Positions 10,073 through 19,047 of a stretch of DNA of 64,000 bases are shown one piece after another. This stretch comes from Planctomycetota bacterium (GTDB taxonomy: Bacteria; Planctomycetota; J058), in NCBI GenBank assembly GCA_050186825.1, contig JBFWYD010000026.1, positions 2,677 through 66,676 on the forward strand. Reading direction: 5' to 3'. Within the stretch, counting starts at the first letter, position 1; the number at the start of each line of letters is the position of its first letter. The position numbers and the translations under genes were made by a program. Under the pieces are notes generated by a model, which saw nothing but the letters and a program-made list of their open reading frames with translations, did no database searches and was not told the DNA's origin.

Positions 10073-11041
10073 ATGAGCAGGCTGGTCCTCAGCATCAACG
10101 ACGACGGCACCGTGACCATCCGGTGCGACGCGAACGCGTTCTTCGCGCACGCGCACGAGATCCGTCGCCTGCTCGCCGCCGCACCCGGCGATGCCGCGCT
10201 CGACCCCACGACGGCCGGCGCGCGCGATCCGGAGCTCGGCCCGGACCTCGACCCCACACACCTCTCGGGGGCAGACCTCCACCCGGAGAGCCTGGTCGCC
10301 GCGGCCGCGCCGACCGCGCGCCCGCGCAAGGCCCACGAGCCGCGACCCTTTGGGGAGCTGTGGGCCGAGCTGGCCCCGCACAAGCGCTGGGGCCGCGACC
10401 TCTCGCCCAAGGGCGCGCTGGCGCTCGCCGCCGGCTACTACCTGACCCGCGAGCGCGGCTTCACGGCCTTCACCTGCGCCGACCTGCTCCCGATCTTGGC
10501 CTCGCTGCCCGCCCCGCAGGCGGTCCAGGGCAGCCAGCTCGTCTACCTCTGCCGGCGAGGCTGGCTGGAGCGCGTGCGCCGCGGGGCCTATCGGCTCAGC
10601 CAGCGCGCCGTCGACCGCGTCGAGTCGGTGCGCGAGGTGAGCGCGCTGCCTCCCGCGGCGACCCCCAAGGTGGAGCCGCCGCTGCCGAACCTGATCGGGC
10701 TCTCGCGCTTCCTGAAGGCGGTCCCCAGCGCCCGCAAGTGGCGCCGCACCTTGCTCGTGGCCTACTTCCTCCAGGAGCACTGCGGCGTCCCCGAGTTCGA
10801 CCACCACCTGCTCGCGGCCTGCTTCAAGCGGCTGCGCGGGGTCGAGACCCCGGGCTCCCTGGCGTCGCTGCTCTCGCAGCACCTCCACAAGCGCCAGGGC
10901 CTGCTCGAACGCGGGACCAAGCGCGGGATGTATCGCCTGACCGAGACGGCCCGCGAGGAGCTGCGCCGCGAGGCGCGGGTGGCCAAGGCCGACGCGCTGC
11001 ATCGCAGCCGCGGGGTCACCTGGGTCGCCAAGACCGGCTAG
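10073..11041 (+). CDS. hypothetical protein with two winged-helix-like modules
   Basis: 322-aa ORF with high GC3. Repeated pattern LCRRGWLERVRRGAYRLSQRAV and HKRQGLLERGTKRGMYRLTETAR. Confidence 0.7.
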   Translation: MSRLVLSINDDGTVTIRCDANAFFAHAHEIRRLLAAAPGDAALDPTTAGARDPELGPDLDPTHLSGADLHPESLVAAAAPTARPRKAHEPRPFGELWAELAPHKRWGRDLSPKGALALAAGYYLTRERGFTAFTCADLLPILASLPAPQAVQGSQLVYLCRRGWLERVRRGAYRLSQRAVDRVESVREVSALPPAATPKVEPPLPNLIGLSRFLKAVPSARKWRRTLLVAYFLQEHCGVPEFDHHLLAACFKRLRGVETPGSLASLLSQHLHKRQGLLERGTKRGMYRLTETAREELRREARVAKADALHRSRGVTWVAKTG

Positions 11042-11169
11042 CCGGTCTGCGCCGAGCGGGCGCGCCTCCCTAAACCCCTTCGTGGTATGGTGCCGCCCGC
11101 CCCGGGCAGGGGCGCAGGATCGCGCCACCGGCCGCGATCCGACCGCGGTCGGAGCGGGGGGGAGACGCC

Positions 11170-13659
11170 GTGTCGGGCGAGCATCTCAGCGGCGGAGCCA
11201 GGAGCTGGTCCTGGTTGCTCGGACGCACGCCCGGCGAGCTGTGGCGCCACGTCCCCTACCAGGCCAGCGAGCCCGGCCAGGGCCAGGACCCTGGGCTCGA
11301 GCCGCGGGTCGAGGTGATCCGGCGCCTGATCGCCTACCCGCCCCGCTCCTTCGCGCGCGTGGTCGACGCCGTGGCCGGCCTCGACTCGGCCGAGCGACCG
11401 GTCCGCTGGACTTGCTACCGCGACCCGGGCGTGGTCCCCGCGCGGCCCTACTGGCTCTGCTTCCTGAGCGCCACGCCGCACGGGCGCCGCTTCCACTTCG
11501 GGCTCGAGCTCTTCGACCGCGAGCGCCTGGGCCTGTGGTTCTTCTCCGGCTACGACGCGGACACGGCCCCGCCCGAGCTGCTCGCGCCCTTCCCGGCCCG
11601 CCCCGAGGTCTCGCTCCCCCGGGTCGAGCTCGCCGACGACCACGAGGGCCCGCCGCTCGAGGAGTGGCTGCGCGCCGCCTGGGAGGACCGGCTGCGCTTC
11701 GGCGCGGCGGCCGCGGCGCGCAGGCCGCCCACCGACCAGAGCCTGCTCCTGAGCGACTCGCTGGCCCGCGTGTTCGTGGGCGGGGCGCCCGCGGAGCACC
11801 TCTCGCTGCGCGCCTCGCGCGCGCGCCTGGTCGTGGGCCTGCCCGAGGGCGCGCGCCAGGCCACCCTTCATCCCCTGGCCCGGCTCTCGACCCTGGTCGG
11901 GCGCGACCCGCGCTGCGACCTGGTGATCGAGCACCCGACGATCTCCTCCGAGCACTGCCGGATCGTGTGGCGCAACGGCCTGCCCGGGGTCGAGGAGTGC
12001 GGGAGCAAGAACGGGACGCGGCTCGATGGCGAGGAGGTGGTCGCGGGCAAGCCGCGCGCGATCGAGGGGCCCGAGGCGCGGCTGACCCTGGGCGAGGTCG
12101 AGTGCCTGCTGATCCGCGACCCCGACCCGGGCGCCGCCGGGGATGGTCGCCTCGAGCGGCTCGCCGCCAAGGGGACGGTCCAGCCCGACGCGCTCGAGCG
12201 CGCCCGGGGCGAGGCCGCGCGCCTGGGGATCACGCCGCCCGAGGTGCTCCTGCGCGACGGCGGGCTGACCCTGGCCCAGTGGCGCCCGCCGAAGGGGGGG
12301 AGCTGCCTGCTGTTCCTGCTGCTCCTCCCGCTGCTCCTGCTGAGCGGCTGCGCGCACAGCCTGGCCTTCCTGCCCCCGGTGGTCGAATGGGAGCTGGAGC
12401 CGCAGCCGATGCGCGAGGGCACGCGCGCGGTCGACTGGGACTACGACGTCGGGATCAAGCCCCTGTTCCAGGCCCGCAAGAAGGCCGAGGACGACCGGCG
12501 CGAGGTCCACGCCGTGTTCCCGCTGGGGCTGATGGAGAGCAACGCCCAGCAGCGCATCACGCGCCTCTACCCGGTCTTCCAGCGCTACGAGCGCACCGAC
12601 CCGGATGGTTTTCCCGACACCGACACGATCCTGTTCCCCTTCGTGTTCACCGGCAGCCACCCGGTCGACGGCGGCTACTTCTACCTGTTCCCCTTCGGCG
12701 GGCTGCTGCGCGGGCTGCTCGGCAAGGACGAGGCGATCGGCGTCCTGTTCCCGCTCTACGGCTGGGCGCGCGACGGCGAGACCCAGTCGCACCACGTGCT
12801 CTGGCCGCTGTTCTGCACCACCTCGGGGGGCGGACACTCGGGCTGGCGGCTGCTGCCCTTCTACGGGCACTTCACCAAGACGCGCGACGACGGGCAGGTG
12901 GTCTTCGACCGGACCACCGTGATGTGGCCCTTCTTCCACATGGCGCACGACGCCACCAACTCGCGCAACGCCTTCACCTCGCTGTTCCTGTTCCCCTTCT
13001 ACGGGCGGACGCGCAGCGGCTGGATCGACGACGACGTGATCCTCTGGCCGCTGTTCCGCTGGTGGACCGACAAGCGCAGCGGCTACTCCGAGGTCCGGGC
13101 GCCCTTCCCCTTCTTCATCTACGGGAGCGGGCCCGACCACTTCCGCCTCGACTTCTGGCCCTTCTACGGCTATCGCAAGCGGGGCGATTACACGCGTCAC
13201 CTCTGGCTGTGGCCCGTCGGCCGCTCGGAGCGCCAGGAGACCGACGAGTACGACGACTACCGCTTCTGGCTGCTGCCCCTGCTCTGGTTCCACTCGAGGA
13301 AGTACAAGGTGCCGGTGGCCGCCAAGGGCCACGAGGACTCGGACTTCGAGGCCCACGTGTGGCCGCTCCTGCACTGGTCGCGCCGGCACGATGGGTTCTT
13401 TACGCTGAGCTTCCCGGCCCCCCTGTGGTTCAAGGACCCGCTCTGGAACTTCGACACGATCCTGGCCCCGCTCTGGCGCCTCTTTCACTACCAGCGCGAC
13501 ACGCGCGGCTACGAGCGGCTCGACCTGCTGCTCGGGCTCTACTCCGAGCGCTGGGCGCCCAGCGGCGAGCACCGCTGGGACATCCTGGGCGGCCTGGTGG
13601 GGCGGACCACCAAGGGCGAGGAGTCCAAGGTCCGGCTGCTGTGGTTCCTGGAGTTCTGA
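11170..13659 (+). CDS. FHA-domain membrane protein with C-terminal aromatic/proline repeat domain
   Basis: FHA core LVGRDPRCDLVIEHPTISSEHCRIV...GSKNGTRLDGEEV. Hydrophobic LLFLLLLPLLLLSGC segment (about 12301-12357). About 13 repeats of type LWPLF/LFPFYG (about 12622-13500). Confidence 0.85.
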   Translation: MSGEHLSGGARSWSWLLGRTPGELWRHVPYQASEPGQGQDPGLEPRVEVIRRLIAYPPRSFARVVDAVAGLDSAERPVRWTCYRDPGVVPARPYWLCFLSATPHGRRFHFGLELFDRERLGLWFFSGYDADTAPPELLAPFPARPEVSLPRVELADDHEGPPLEEWLRAAWEDRLRFGAAAAARRPPTDQSLLLSDSLARVFVGGAPAEHLSLRASRARLVVGLPEGARQATLHPLARLSTLVGRDPRCDLVIEHPTISSEHCRIVWRNGLPGVEECGSKNGTRLDGEEVVAGKPRAIEGPEARLTLGEVECLLIRDPDPGAAGDGRLERLAAKGTVQPDALERARGEAARLGITPPEVLLRDGGLTLAQWRPPKGGSCLLFLLLLPLLLLSGCAHSLAFLPPVVEWELEPQPMREGTRAVDWDYDVGIKPLFQARKKAEDDRREVHAVFPLGLMESNAQQRITRLYPVFQRYERTDPDGFPDTDTILFPFVFTGSHPVDGGYFYLFPFGGLLRGLLGKDEAIGVLFPLYGWARDGETQSHHVLWPLFCTTSGGGHSGWRLLPFYGHFTKTRDDGQVVFDRTTVMWPFFHMAHDATNSRNAFTSLFLFPFYGRTRSGWIDDDVILWPLFRWWTDKRSGYSEVRAPFPFFIYGSGPDHFRLDFWPFYGYRKRGDYTRHLWLWPVGRSERQETDEYDDYRFWLLPLLWFHSRKYKVPVAAKGHEDSDFEAHVWPLLHWSRRHDGFFTLSFPAPLWFKDPLWNFDTILAPLWRLFHYQRDTRGYERLDLLLGLYSERWAPSGEHRWDILGGLVGRTTKGEESKVRLLWFLEF

Positions 13660-13660
13660 G

Positions 13661-14434
13661 GTGAGCGCAGCGCTCGCGCCGATTCGCTGGCTGGGCTCCA
13701 CCGCGATCAACACGGTCCGCGGGCTGGCGGAGGTGTTCTCGCTCCTCTACGGGGCGCTCGCGGTCCTGGTCTACGTGCGCACCGCGGGCTTCGGGACCGT
13801 GCTCAAGCTCGGCGTGACCCAGACCGTGTTCACCGGCGTCCACGCCCTGCCGCTGGTCAGCCTGGCCGCGCTGGCGCTCGGGACGCTGATCATCACCGCC
13901 GTCAACGCCTACCCCATAGACGCCGCGACCATCGCCGCGCAGATCATCGTGCTCGAGGTGATCCCTCTGGTCGTGGCCCTGATCATCCTCGGGCGCTCCG
14001 GAACGGCGATCTGCGTGGAGCTGGCCTCGATGAAGCTCTCGGGCGAGCTCGACGCGCTGCGGAGCATGGGGATCCCGCTCGAGCACGTGATCGTGCTCCC
14101 GCGCCTGATCGCCGGGGTCGTCTCGGCCCTGACCCTGACCATCTACGGGGCCGCGGTCGGCCTGGGCGGGGGCTACTTCCTGGCCAAGGCGCTGCCCAAC
14201 CGCACCCTGCCCTTCGCGCTCGAGGCGATGGTCAACGCCATCCGCGAGGAGGACGTGTTCAAGGTCCTGGTCAAGGTGTGCCTGTTCGGGGGGGGGATCG
14301 TGCTGGTCTCGATCCGCGACGCCTACTCGGTCCAGAGCTCCCGCCGCGAGATCCCGATCGCGGCCACCAACGCCGTGGTCCACAGCATGGCGCTGGTGTT
14401 CGTCCTCAACTCCCTGATCTCGATCTTCGTCTGA
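13661..14434 (+). CDS. mlaE: MlaE-family ABC transporter permease
   Basis: 257 aa; ...RSGTAICVELASMKLSGELDALRSMGI... is characteristic of MlaE/Ttg2B. Start lies 1 nt after the upstream stop. Confidence 0.85.
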   Translation: MSAALAPIRWLGSTAINTVRGLAEVFSLLYGALAVLVYVRTAGFGTVLKLGVTQTVFTGVHALPLVSLAALALGTLIITAVNAYPIDAATIAAQIIVLEVIPLVVALIILGRSGTAICVELASMKLSGELDALRSMGIPLEHVIVLPRLIAGVVSALTLTIYGAAVGLGGGYFLAKALPNRTLPFALEAMVNAIREEDVFKVLVKVCLFGGGIVLVSIRDAYSVQSSRREIPIAATNAVVHSMALVFVLNSLISIFV

Positions 14435-16107
14435 TGGCGAAGGAGACCCCGCTCATCGAGCTCCAGGAGGTGACGGCCGGCTACGACCCGGACGCGCCCG
14501 TGCTGCACCAGGTGAGCATGAAGCTCTACCGCGGCGAGGTCGGGGCCGTGGTCTCGCTGGACGTGGGCGGCGCCAAGACCACCCTGCTCAAGGCGGCGGC
14601 CGGGCTGCACCCGCCCTTCTCCGGGAAGGTGCTCTTCGACGGGGCCGACCTCTACCGGATGAGCTTCGGCGCGGACCAGCGCTTCCGGGCCAAGTGCGGG
14701 GTCGTGCTCGAGGGGGGGGCGCTGCTGGTCAACCGGACGGTGTGGGACAACGTGGCCCTGCCGCTGAAGTACCACGGCGCGCGCAGCGGGCGCGAGCTGA
14801 CGGTCACGGTCGAGCGCCTGCTCGCCCAGTGCGGCTTCAACGAGGACCCGCTGGCGCTCCCCTGGCAGATCAGCGACCGCGGCCAGCGGCTGGCGGCCTT
14901 CGCGCGGGCCCTGGCGCGTGACCCCCAGGTGGTGCTCGTCGACCGCTTCTTCGAGGGCCTGGAGATGCCCGACTGGCGGCGGCTGTTCGAGCTCGTGATG
15001 GAGCTCAACCAGAACCAGGGCGTGAGCTGGCTGCTGGTCTCCGAGGTGGACCCGGCGATCTTCCAGGTGGCCGAGCGCGTGGCCGTGCTCGAGGGCGGGC
15101 ACCTGATCGCGCACGCGCACCGGCGCAAGCTCTACGAGCAGGCGCGGCTGCGCGCGGCCTTCGAGGCGGGCGAGCTGCGCCCCACGCGCTCGCGCACCCA
15201 GCGCGCGGACATCGAGGGGGTCCGCGCCGCGCTGATCTCCTCGGGGCGGGTCTCGCCCCTGGTCGTCGACAGCTCGAGCCACGGCCTGGGCGGCAGCGAC
15301 CAGGACTTCGACATGACCATCAACATCGACGGGATCCTCCCCGAGCCGCCGCCCCCGCTGCAGTCGCGCCACGACCAGATCATGGACATGGAGCTCGAGC
15401 CGACCATCGACCTCGACCCGGGAGAGCGCACGGTGGACCTCGACTCCGACGGGCGCGGCGGGACGATCTCGCTGGACGAGGAGGGGGACCCCACGATCTT
15501 CGTGGGCAGCAGCGACGCGCACGCGGCGCTCCCCGAGACGCCGCCCGCGCGGCCGCGCGCGGGCGCGGCCACCGTGGAGATGGAGGCGCCGACCCTGCCC
15601 GACTCGGACGAGGGGCCGATCCCCGCCGAGCAGGAGGAGGAGGGCGGACACCTCGAGCCGCCGCGGCGGGCCAAGAAGGGGACGGGGAAGAAGCGCCGGC
15701 TCGACGCGCGGACCGTCGAGATGGAGGCGCCGACCCTCCCCGACTCCGACCAGGGGCCCGTCGTCTCCAAGGACCCAGGCGCCAAGGAGCCCAAGGAGCC
15801 CGTGCACCTCGACGCGCCCGCGCGCAAGAAGGGGACGGGCAAGAAGCGCCGGCCCGACGCGCGGACCGTCGAGATGGAGGCGCCGACCCTCCCCGACTCC
15901 GACCAGGAGCCCGGGACCAAGGAGCCCGTCCACCTCGAGCCGCCCGCGCGGCGCGCAGGCGCGGCTACGGTGGAGATGGTGGCGCCGCGCCTCGACGGTG
16001 ACGACGAGCCCCCCGCGCGGCCCGCGCTGGCCGACCCCGCGGCGGCGGCGCGCAAGAAGCAGAGCAAGCAGCGCAAGCGCCCGCGCGCGGGCGGCGAGGA
16101 GGCCTGA
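14434..16107 (+). CDS. MlaF-like ABC ATPase homologue with degenerate catalytic motifs and repeat-containing C-terminal extension
   Basis: ATG overlaps the mlaE stop (TGATG). ABC fold recognisable, but Walker A reads SLDVGGAKTT, signature ISDRGQ, Walker B VLVDRF. The C-terminal about 270 aa is low-complexity with 3.5 repeats of ARTVEMEAPTLPDSD. Confidence 0.8.
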   Translation: MAKETPLIELQEVTAGYDPDAPVLHQVSMKLYRGEVGAVVSLDVGGAKTTLLKAAAGLHPPFSGKVLFDGADLYRMSFGADQRFRAKCGVVLEGGALLVNRTVWDNVALPLKYHGARSGRELTVTVERLLAQCGFNEDPLALPWQISDRGQRLAAFARALARDPQVVLVDRFFEGLEMPDWRRLFELVMELNQNQGVSWLLVSEVDPAIFQVAERVAVLEGGHLIAHAHRRKLYEQARLRAAFEAGELRPTRSRTQRADIEGVRAALISSGRVSPLVVDSSSHGLGGSDQDFDMTINIDGILPEPPPPLQSRHDQIMDMELEPTIDLDPGERTVDLDSDGRGGTISLDEEGDPTIFVGSSDAHAALPETPPARPRAGAATVEMEAPTLPDSDEGPIPAEQEEEGGHLEPPRRAKKGTGKKRRLDARTVEMEAPTLPDSDQGPVVSKDPGAKEPKEPVHLDAPARKKGTGKKRRPDARTVEMEAPTLPDSDQEPGTKEPVHLEPPARRAGAATVEMVAPRLDGDDEPPARPALADPAAAARKKQSKQRKRPRAGGEEA

Positions 16108-17240
16108 TGCAGTCGACGGTGGTGAAGCACGAGCTCCTGGTGGGGTCCTTCGTGGCGCTGGCCGTGGCGCTCGGCGCGGTGTGGGCGACCAAGCGCACGC
16201 GCGAGAAGGGCCTCCTGGACACGCAGAAGGTGCGCTTCACGGTCGACCACGGGAGCGGCCTACAGCGCGGCTCGACCGTGGTGGTGCGCGGGATCGAGGT
16301 CGGCTCCATCGGCGACGTGGAGCTGACCAAGGACCACAAGGTCCGCGTGACCGCGGACATCGCCCCGCGCTTCGCTCCCTTCATCACGGCCGACTCGGTC
16401 GCGACCGTGGTCGAGCCGCCGCTGCTCGGCTCGACCAAGGTCAGCATCGAGCCCGGCTCGGGGCAGCCGGCCGGCCGCGACCAGAAGCTGGACGCCAAGC
16501 TCGAGAGCAGCTTCGTGGCCCGGCTGGACGGGCTGGAGCAGGACGTGCGCGGCGCGCTCAAGAAGCTCGACACCTTCCTGGCCAAGGCCAACGAGACCGT
16601 GGAGCAGGTCGAGGCGATCGCCAAGCAGGTCCGCGAGGGCAAGGGCCTGGTCTCGCGCCTGCTCAACGACGAGCAGCTGGCAGAGGACGTGAAGGCGACC
16701 CTGACCGACGTGCGGGCGGTCGTGAAGTCGGTGCGCGAGGGCGACGGCGCGGTCGCCCTCGCGATCAACGACCCCGACTTCGCCAAGGACCTCAAGCAGT
16801 CGGTCAAGGACGTGCGCGAGGTCACCGAGAGCGTGGCCCAGGGCAAGGGCACCCTCGGCAAGCTGGTCAAGGAGTCCGAGCTCATGGACGAGTCGACCAG
16901 CCTGGTCAAGGACGTGCGCGGGACGCTGGCCAAGCTCAACGAGCTCAACGAGCAGGCCAAGAGCAGCATGGCCAAGGTGGAGTCGCTGCTGACGACCACC
17001 GAGAAGACCGTCGACAAGGTCTCGGGGCTGGTCAGCGGCGCCCACGACATCACGCGCGAGCTGGCCGTGACGGTCAAGAAGATCAACGAGGGGCAGGGCA
17101 CGATCGCGGCCCTGCTCAACGACGACTCGATCTATCGCGAGACGCGCAGCCTGCTCAAGGAGCTGCGCGAGAGCGTCGAGGACCTGCGCGAGCAGGCGCC
17201 GATCAACAGCTTCATCGGCGTCGTGTTCAGCGCCTTCTAG
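16107..17240 (+). CDS. mlaD: MlaD/MCE-domain protein with long helical C-terminal region
   Basis: N-terminal TM, then RFTVDHGSGLQRGSTVVVRGIEVGSIGDVEL MCE core. ATG overlaps the upstream TGA. Confidence 0.85.
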   Translation: MQSTVVKHELLVGSFVALAVALGAVWATKRTREKGLLDTQKVRFTVDHGSGLQRGSTVVVRGIEVGSIGDVELTKDHKVRVTADIAPRFAPFITADSVATVVEPPLLGSTKVSIEPGSGQPAGRDQKLDAKLESSFVARLDGLEQDVRGALKKLDTFLAKANETVEQVEAIAKQVREGKGLVSRLLNDEQLAEDVKATLTDVRAVVKSVREGDGAVALAINDPDFAKDLKQSVKDVREVTESVAQGKGTLGKLVKESELMDESTSLVKDVRGTLAKLNELNEQAKSSMAKVESLLTTTEKTVDKVSGLVSGAHDITRELAVTVKKINEGQGTIAALLNDDSIYRETRSLLKELRESVEDLREQAPINSFIGVVFSAF

Positions 17241-18532
17241 TGAGGCGCCGCCGCAAGAAGCTCCCTGAGGGCCTCAAGCAGCTGCAGCGCCTGCGGCGCG
17301 AGGGCACGGACCTCGTCGAGGCGCGCTGCGACTACGTCGAGGCCTGCGGCGGCTGCACCTGGCAGGAGGTGCGCTACGAGCGACAGCTCGAGCTGAAGCG
17401 CGCGCAGGTGATCGACGCGCTGCAGGCGGCCGGCCTGCTCGACAGCGCCGCCGATGGCGGCGCCGGGGTCGAGGTCGCGCCCACCCTGCCGAGCCCCGAG
17501 GTCTTCGGCTACCGCAACAAGATGGAGTTCACCTGCTCCGACCGCCGCTTCCTGACGGGGCGCGAGATCAGCAGCGGCGCGGACCTGCGGCGCGACTTCG
17601 CGCTCGGGCTGTTCGGCCCGAACACCCACTACAAGGTGATCGACGTGGCCGGCTGCCCGCTCCAGACGGACGCGGCCAACCGGATGCTCGCCGCCACCCG
17701 GGCCTGGGCGCTCGAGCGCGGGCACCCGCCCTGGCGGGCCGACCAGCAGACCGGCCTGCTCCGCTACCTGGTGCTCCGCCACGCGCGGGCCACGGGGCAG
17801 ACCCTGGCGCTGCTGGTCACGGGCCGGCGCGACCCCGCGCTGATGCAGGACTACGCCGACTGGCTGGCCGCGGCCGGGGCCGTCCCGACCGTGGTGGCCA
17901 ACGGCGTGATCGACAGCCCGCGCCACGCGCACACCGGGATGGAGGTCTTCGTCGACCGCGGCCCGGCCTGCTTCGAGGACGAGCTGTGCGGCCTGCGCTT
18001 CCGGCTCGCCCCCGATGCCTTCTTCCAGGTCAACCCGCTCGGCGCGGAGCGCCTGGTCGAGGTCGTGCTCGCCCAGGCCGGGCTCGAGGGCGACGAGCGC
18101 GTGGCCGACCTCTACTGCGGGGCGGGCACGCTCTCGCTGCCGCTCGCTCAGCGCGCGCGCGAGGTCATGGGCTACGAGGTCGCGGCGCCCTCGATCGAGA
18201 GCGCGCGCGAGAACGCGGCCCTGAACGGGATCAGCAACGCGCGCTTCGCCGTGGCCGACCTCAACCGCGGCCTCCCGCGCGAGCTGCTCGAGGCCGGCGC
18301 GGACGTGGTGGTCACCGACCCCCCGCGCCCCGGGATGCACCCCCGGGTCCTGCGCGACCTGCTGCGCCTGGGCGCGCGCCGGATCGTGTCGGTGGGCTGC
18401 AAGCCGGGCCCCCAGGCCGAGAACCTGGCCGCGCTCTGCGCCGAGGGCTACCGGCTGGTTCGGGTCCAGCCGCTGGACCTCTTCCCGCACGCGCCCCACG
18501 TCGAGGCGGTGGCGCTGCTTCAGAGGCGTTGA
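17240..18532 (+). CDS. RlmD/RumA/TrmA-family RNA (uracil-C5)-methyltransferase
   Basis: GTG overlaps the mlaD TAG. CDYVEACGGCTWQ cluster motif, DLYCGAGTLSLPLA SAM motif, C-terminal VVTDPPRPG and SCKP-type catalytic region (VGCKP). Confidence 0.8.
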   Translation: MRRRRKKLPEGLKQLQRLRREGTDLVEARCDYVEACGGCTWQEVRYERQLELKRAQVIDALQAAGLLDSAADGGAGVEVAPTLPSPEVFGYRNKMEFTCSDRRFLTGREISSGADLRRDFALGLFGPNTHYKVIDVAGCPLQTDAANRMLAATRAWALERGHPPWRADQQTGLLRYLVLRHARATGQTLALLVTGRRDPALMQDYADWLAAAGAVPTVVANGVIDSPRHAHTGMEVFVDRGPACFEDELCGLRFRLAPDAFFQVNPLGAERLVEVVLAQAGLEGDERVADLYCGAGTLSLPLAQRAREVMGYEVAAPSIESARENAALNGISNARFAVADLNRGLPRELLEAGADVVVTDPPRPGMHPRVLRDLLRLGARRIVSVGCKPGPQAENLAALCAEGYRLVRVQPLDLFPHAPHVEAVALLQRR

Positions 18533-18583
18533 GCCCGCCGCGGATCCCTCGCCTCGGCTGGGGCCTGGGGTAGAGTCCGCGCC

Positions 18584-18997
18584 ATGAGCGAGACGATCTT
18601 CAGCAAGATCATCCGGGGTGAGATCCCCTGCCACCGCGTCTACGAGGACGAGCGCGTGCTCGCCTTCCTGGACATCAGCCCGCTCTCGCGCGGCCACACC
18701 CTGGTCATCCCCAAGGAGGCCAAGGCCACCCTCGACCAGCTCTCGGACGAGGCGGCGGCGGCGGTCGGGCGCGCGCTCCCGCGGATCTGCCGCGCGGTGC
18801 TCGCGGCCACGGGGGCCAAGGAGTTCAACCTGCTCCAGAACAACGGCCCCGGCGCGCACCAGGCCGTGTTCCACGTGCACTTCCACATCATCCCGAAGTA
18901 CGCCAACGGGAGGGGCCTGGGGATCGACTGGCCCGCGGGCTCGCTCGATGACGGCGACGCGCTGGCCAAGGCGATCGCGGAGAAGATCCCCGGCTGA
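18584..18997 (+). CDS. HIT-family (histidine triad) nucleotide hydrolase
   Basis: IFSKIIRGEIPCHRVYEDE... and HVHFHIIP triad. Confidence 0.9.
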   Translation: MSETIFSKIIRGEIPCHRVYEDERVLAFLDISPLSRGHTLVIPKEAKATLDQLSDEAAAAVGRALPRICRAVLAATGAKEFNLLQNNGPGAHQAVFHVHFHIIPKYANGRGLGIDWPAGSLDDGDALAKAIAEKIPG

Positions 18998-19047
18998 ACG
19001 CCCCCCCTCCCTTCGACCGCGCCTCGCGCCTGGCCGCCCACGAGGCG

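Noticed and set aside
8587-10410. 607-aa minus-strand ORF extending the NYN gene upstream.
   Set aside because: The NYN homology begins at RIALMLDFDN. The upstream part is Arg/Pro/Ala-rich and overlaps the separately supported 97-aa gene, which has its own RBS, as well as the divergent 10073 gene.
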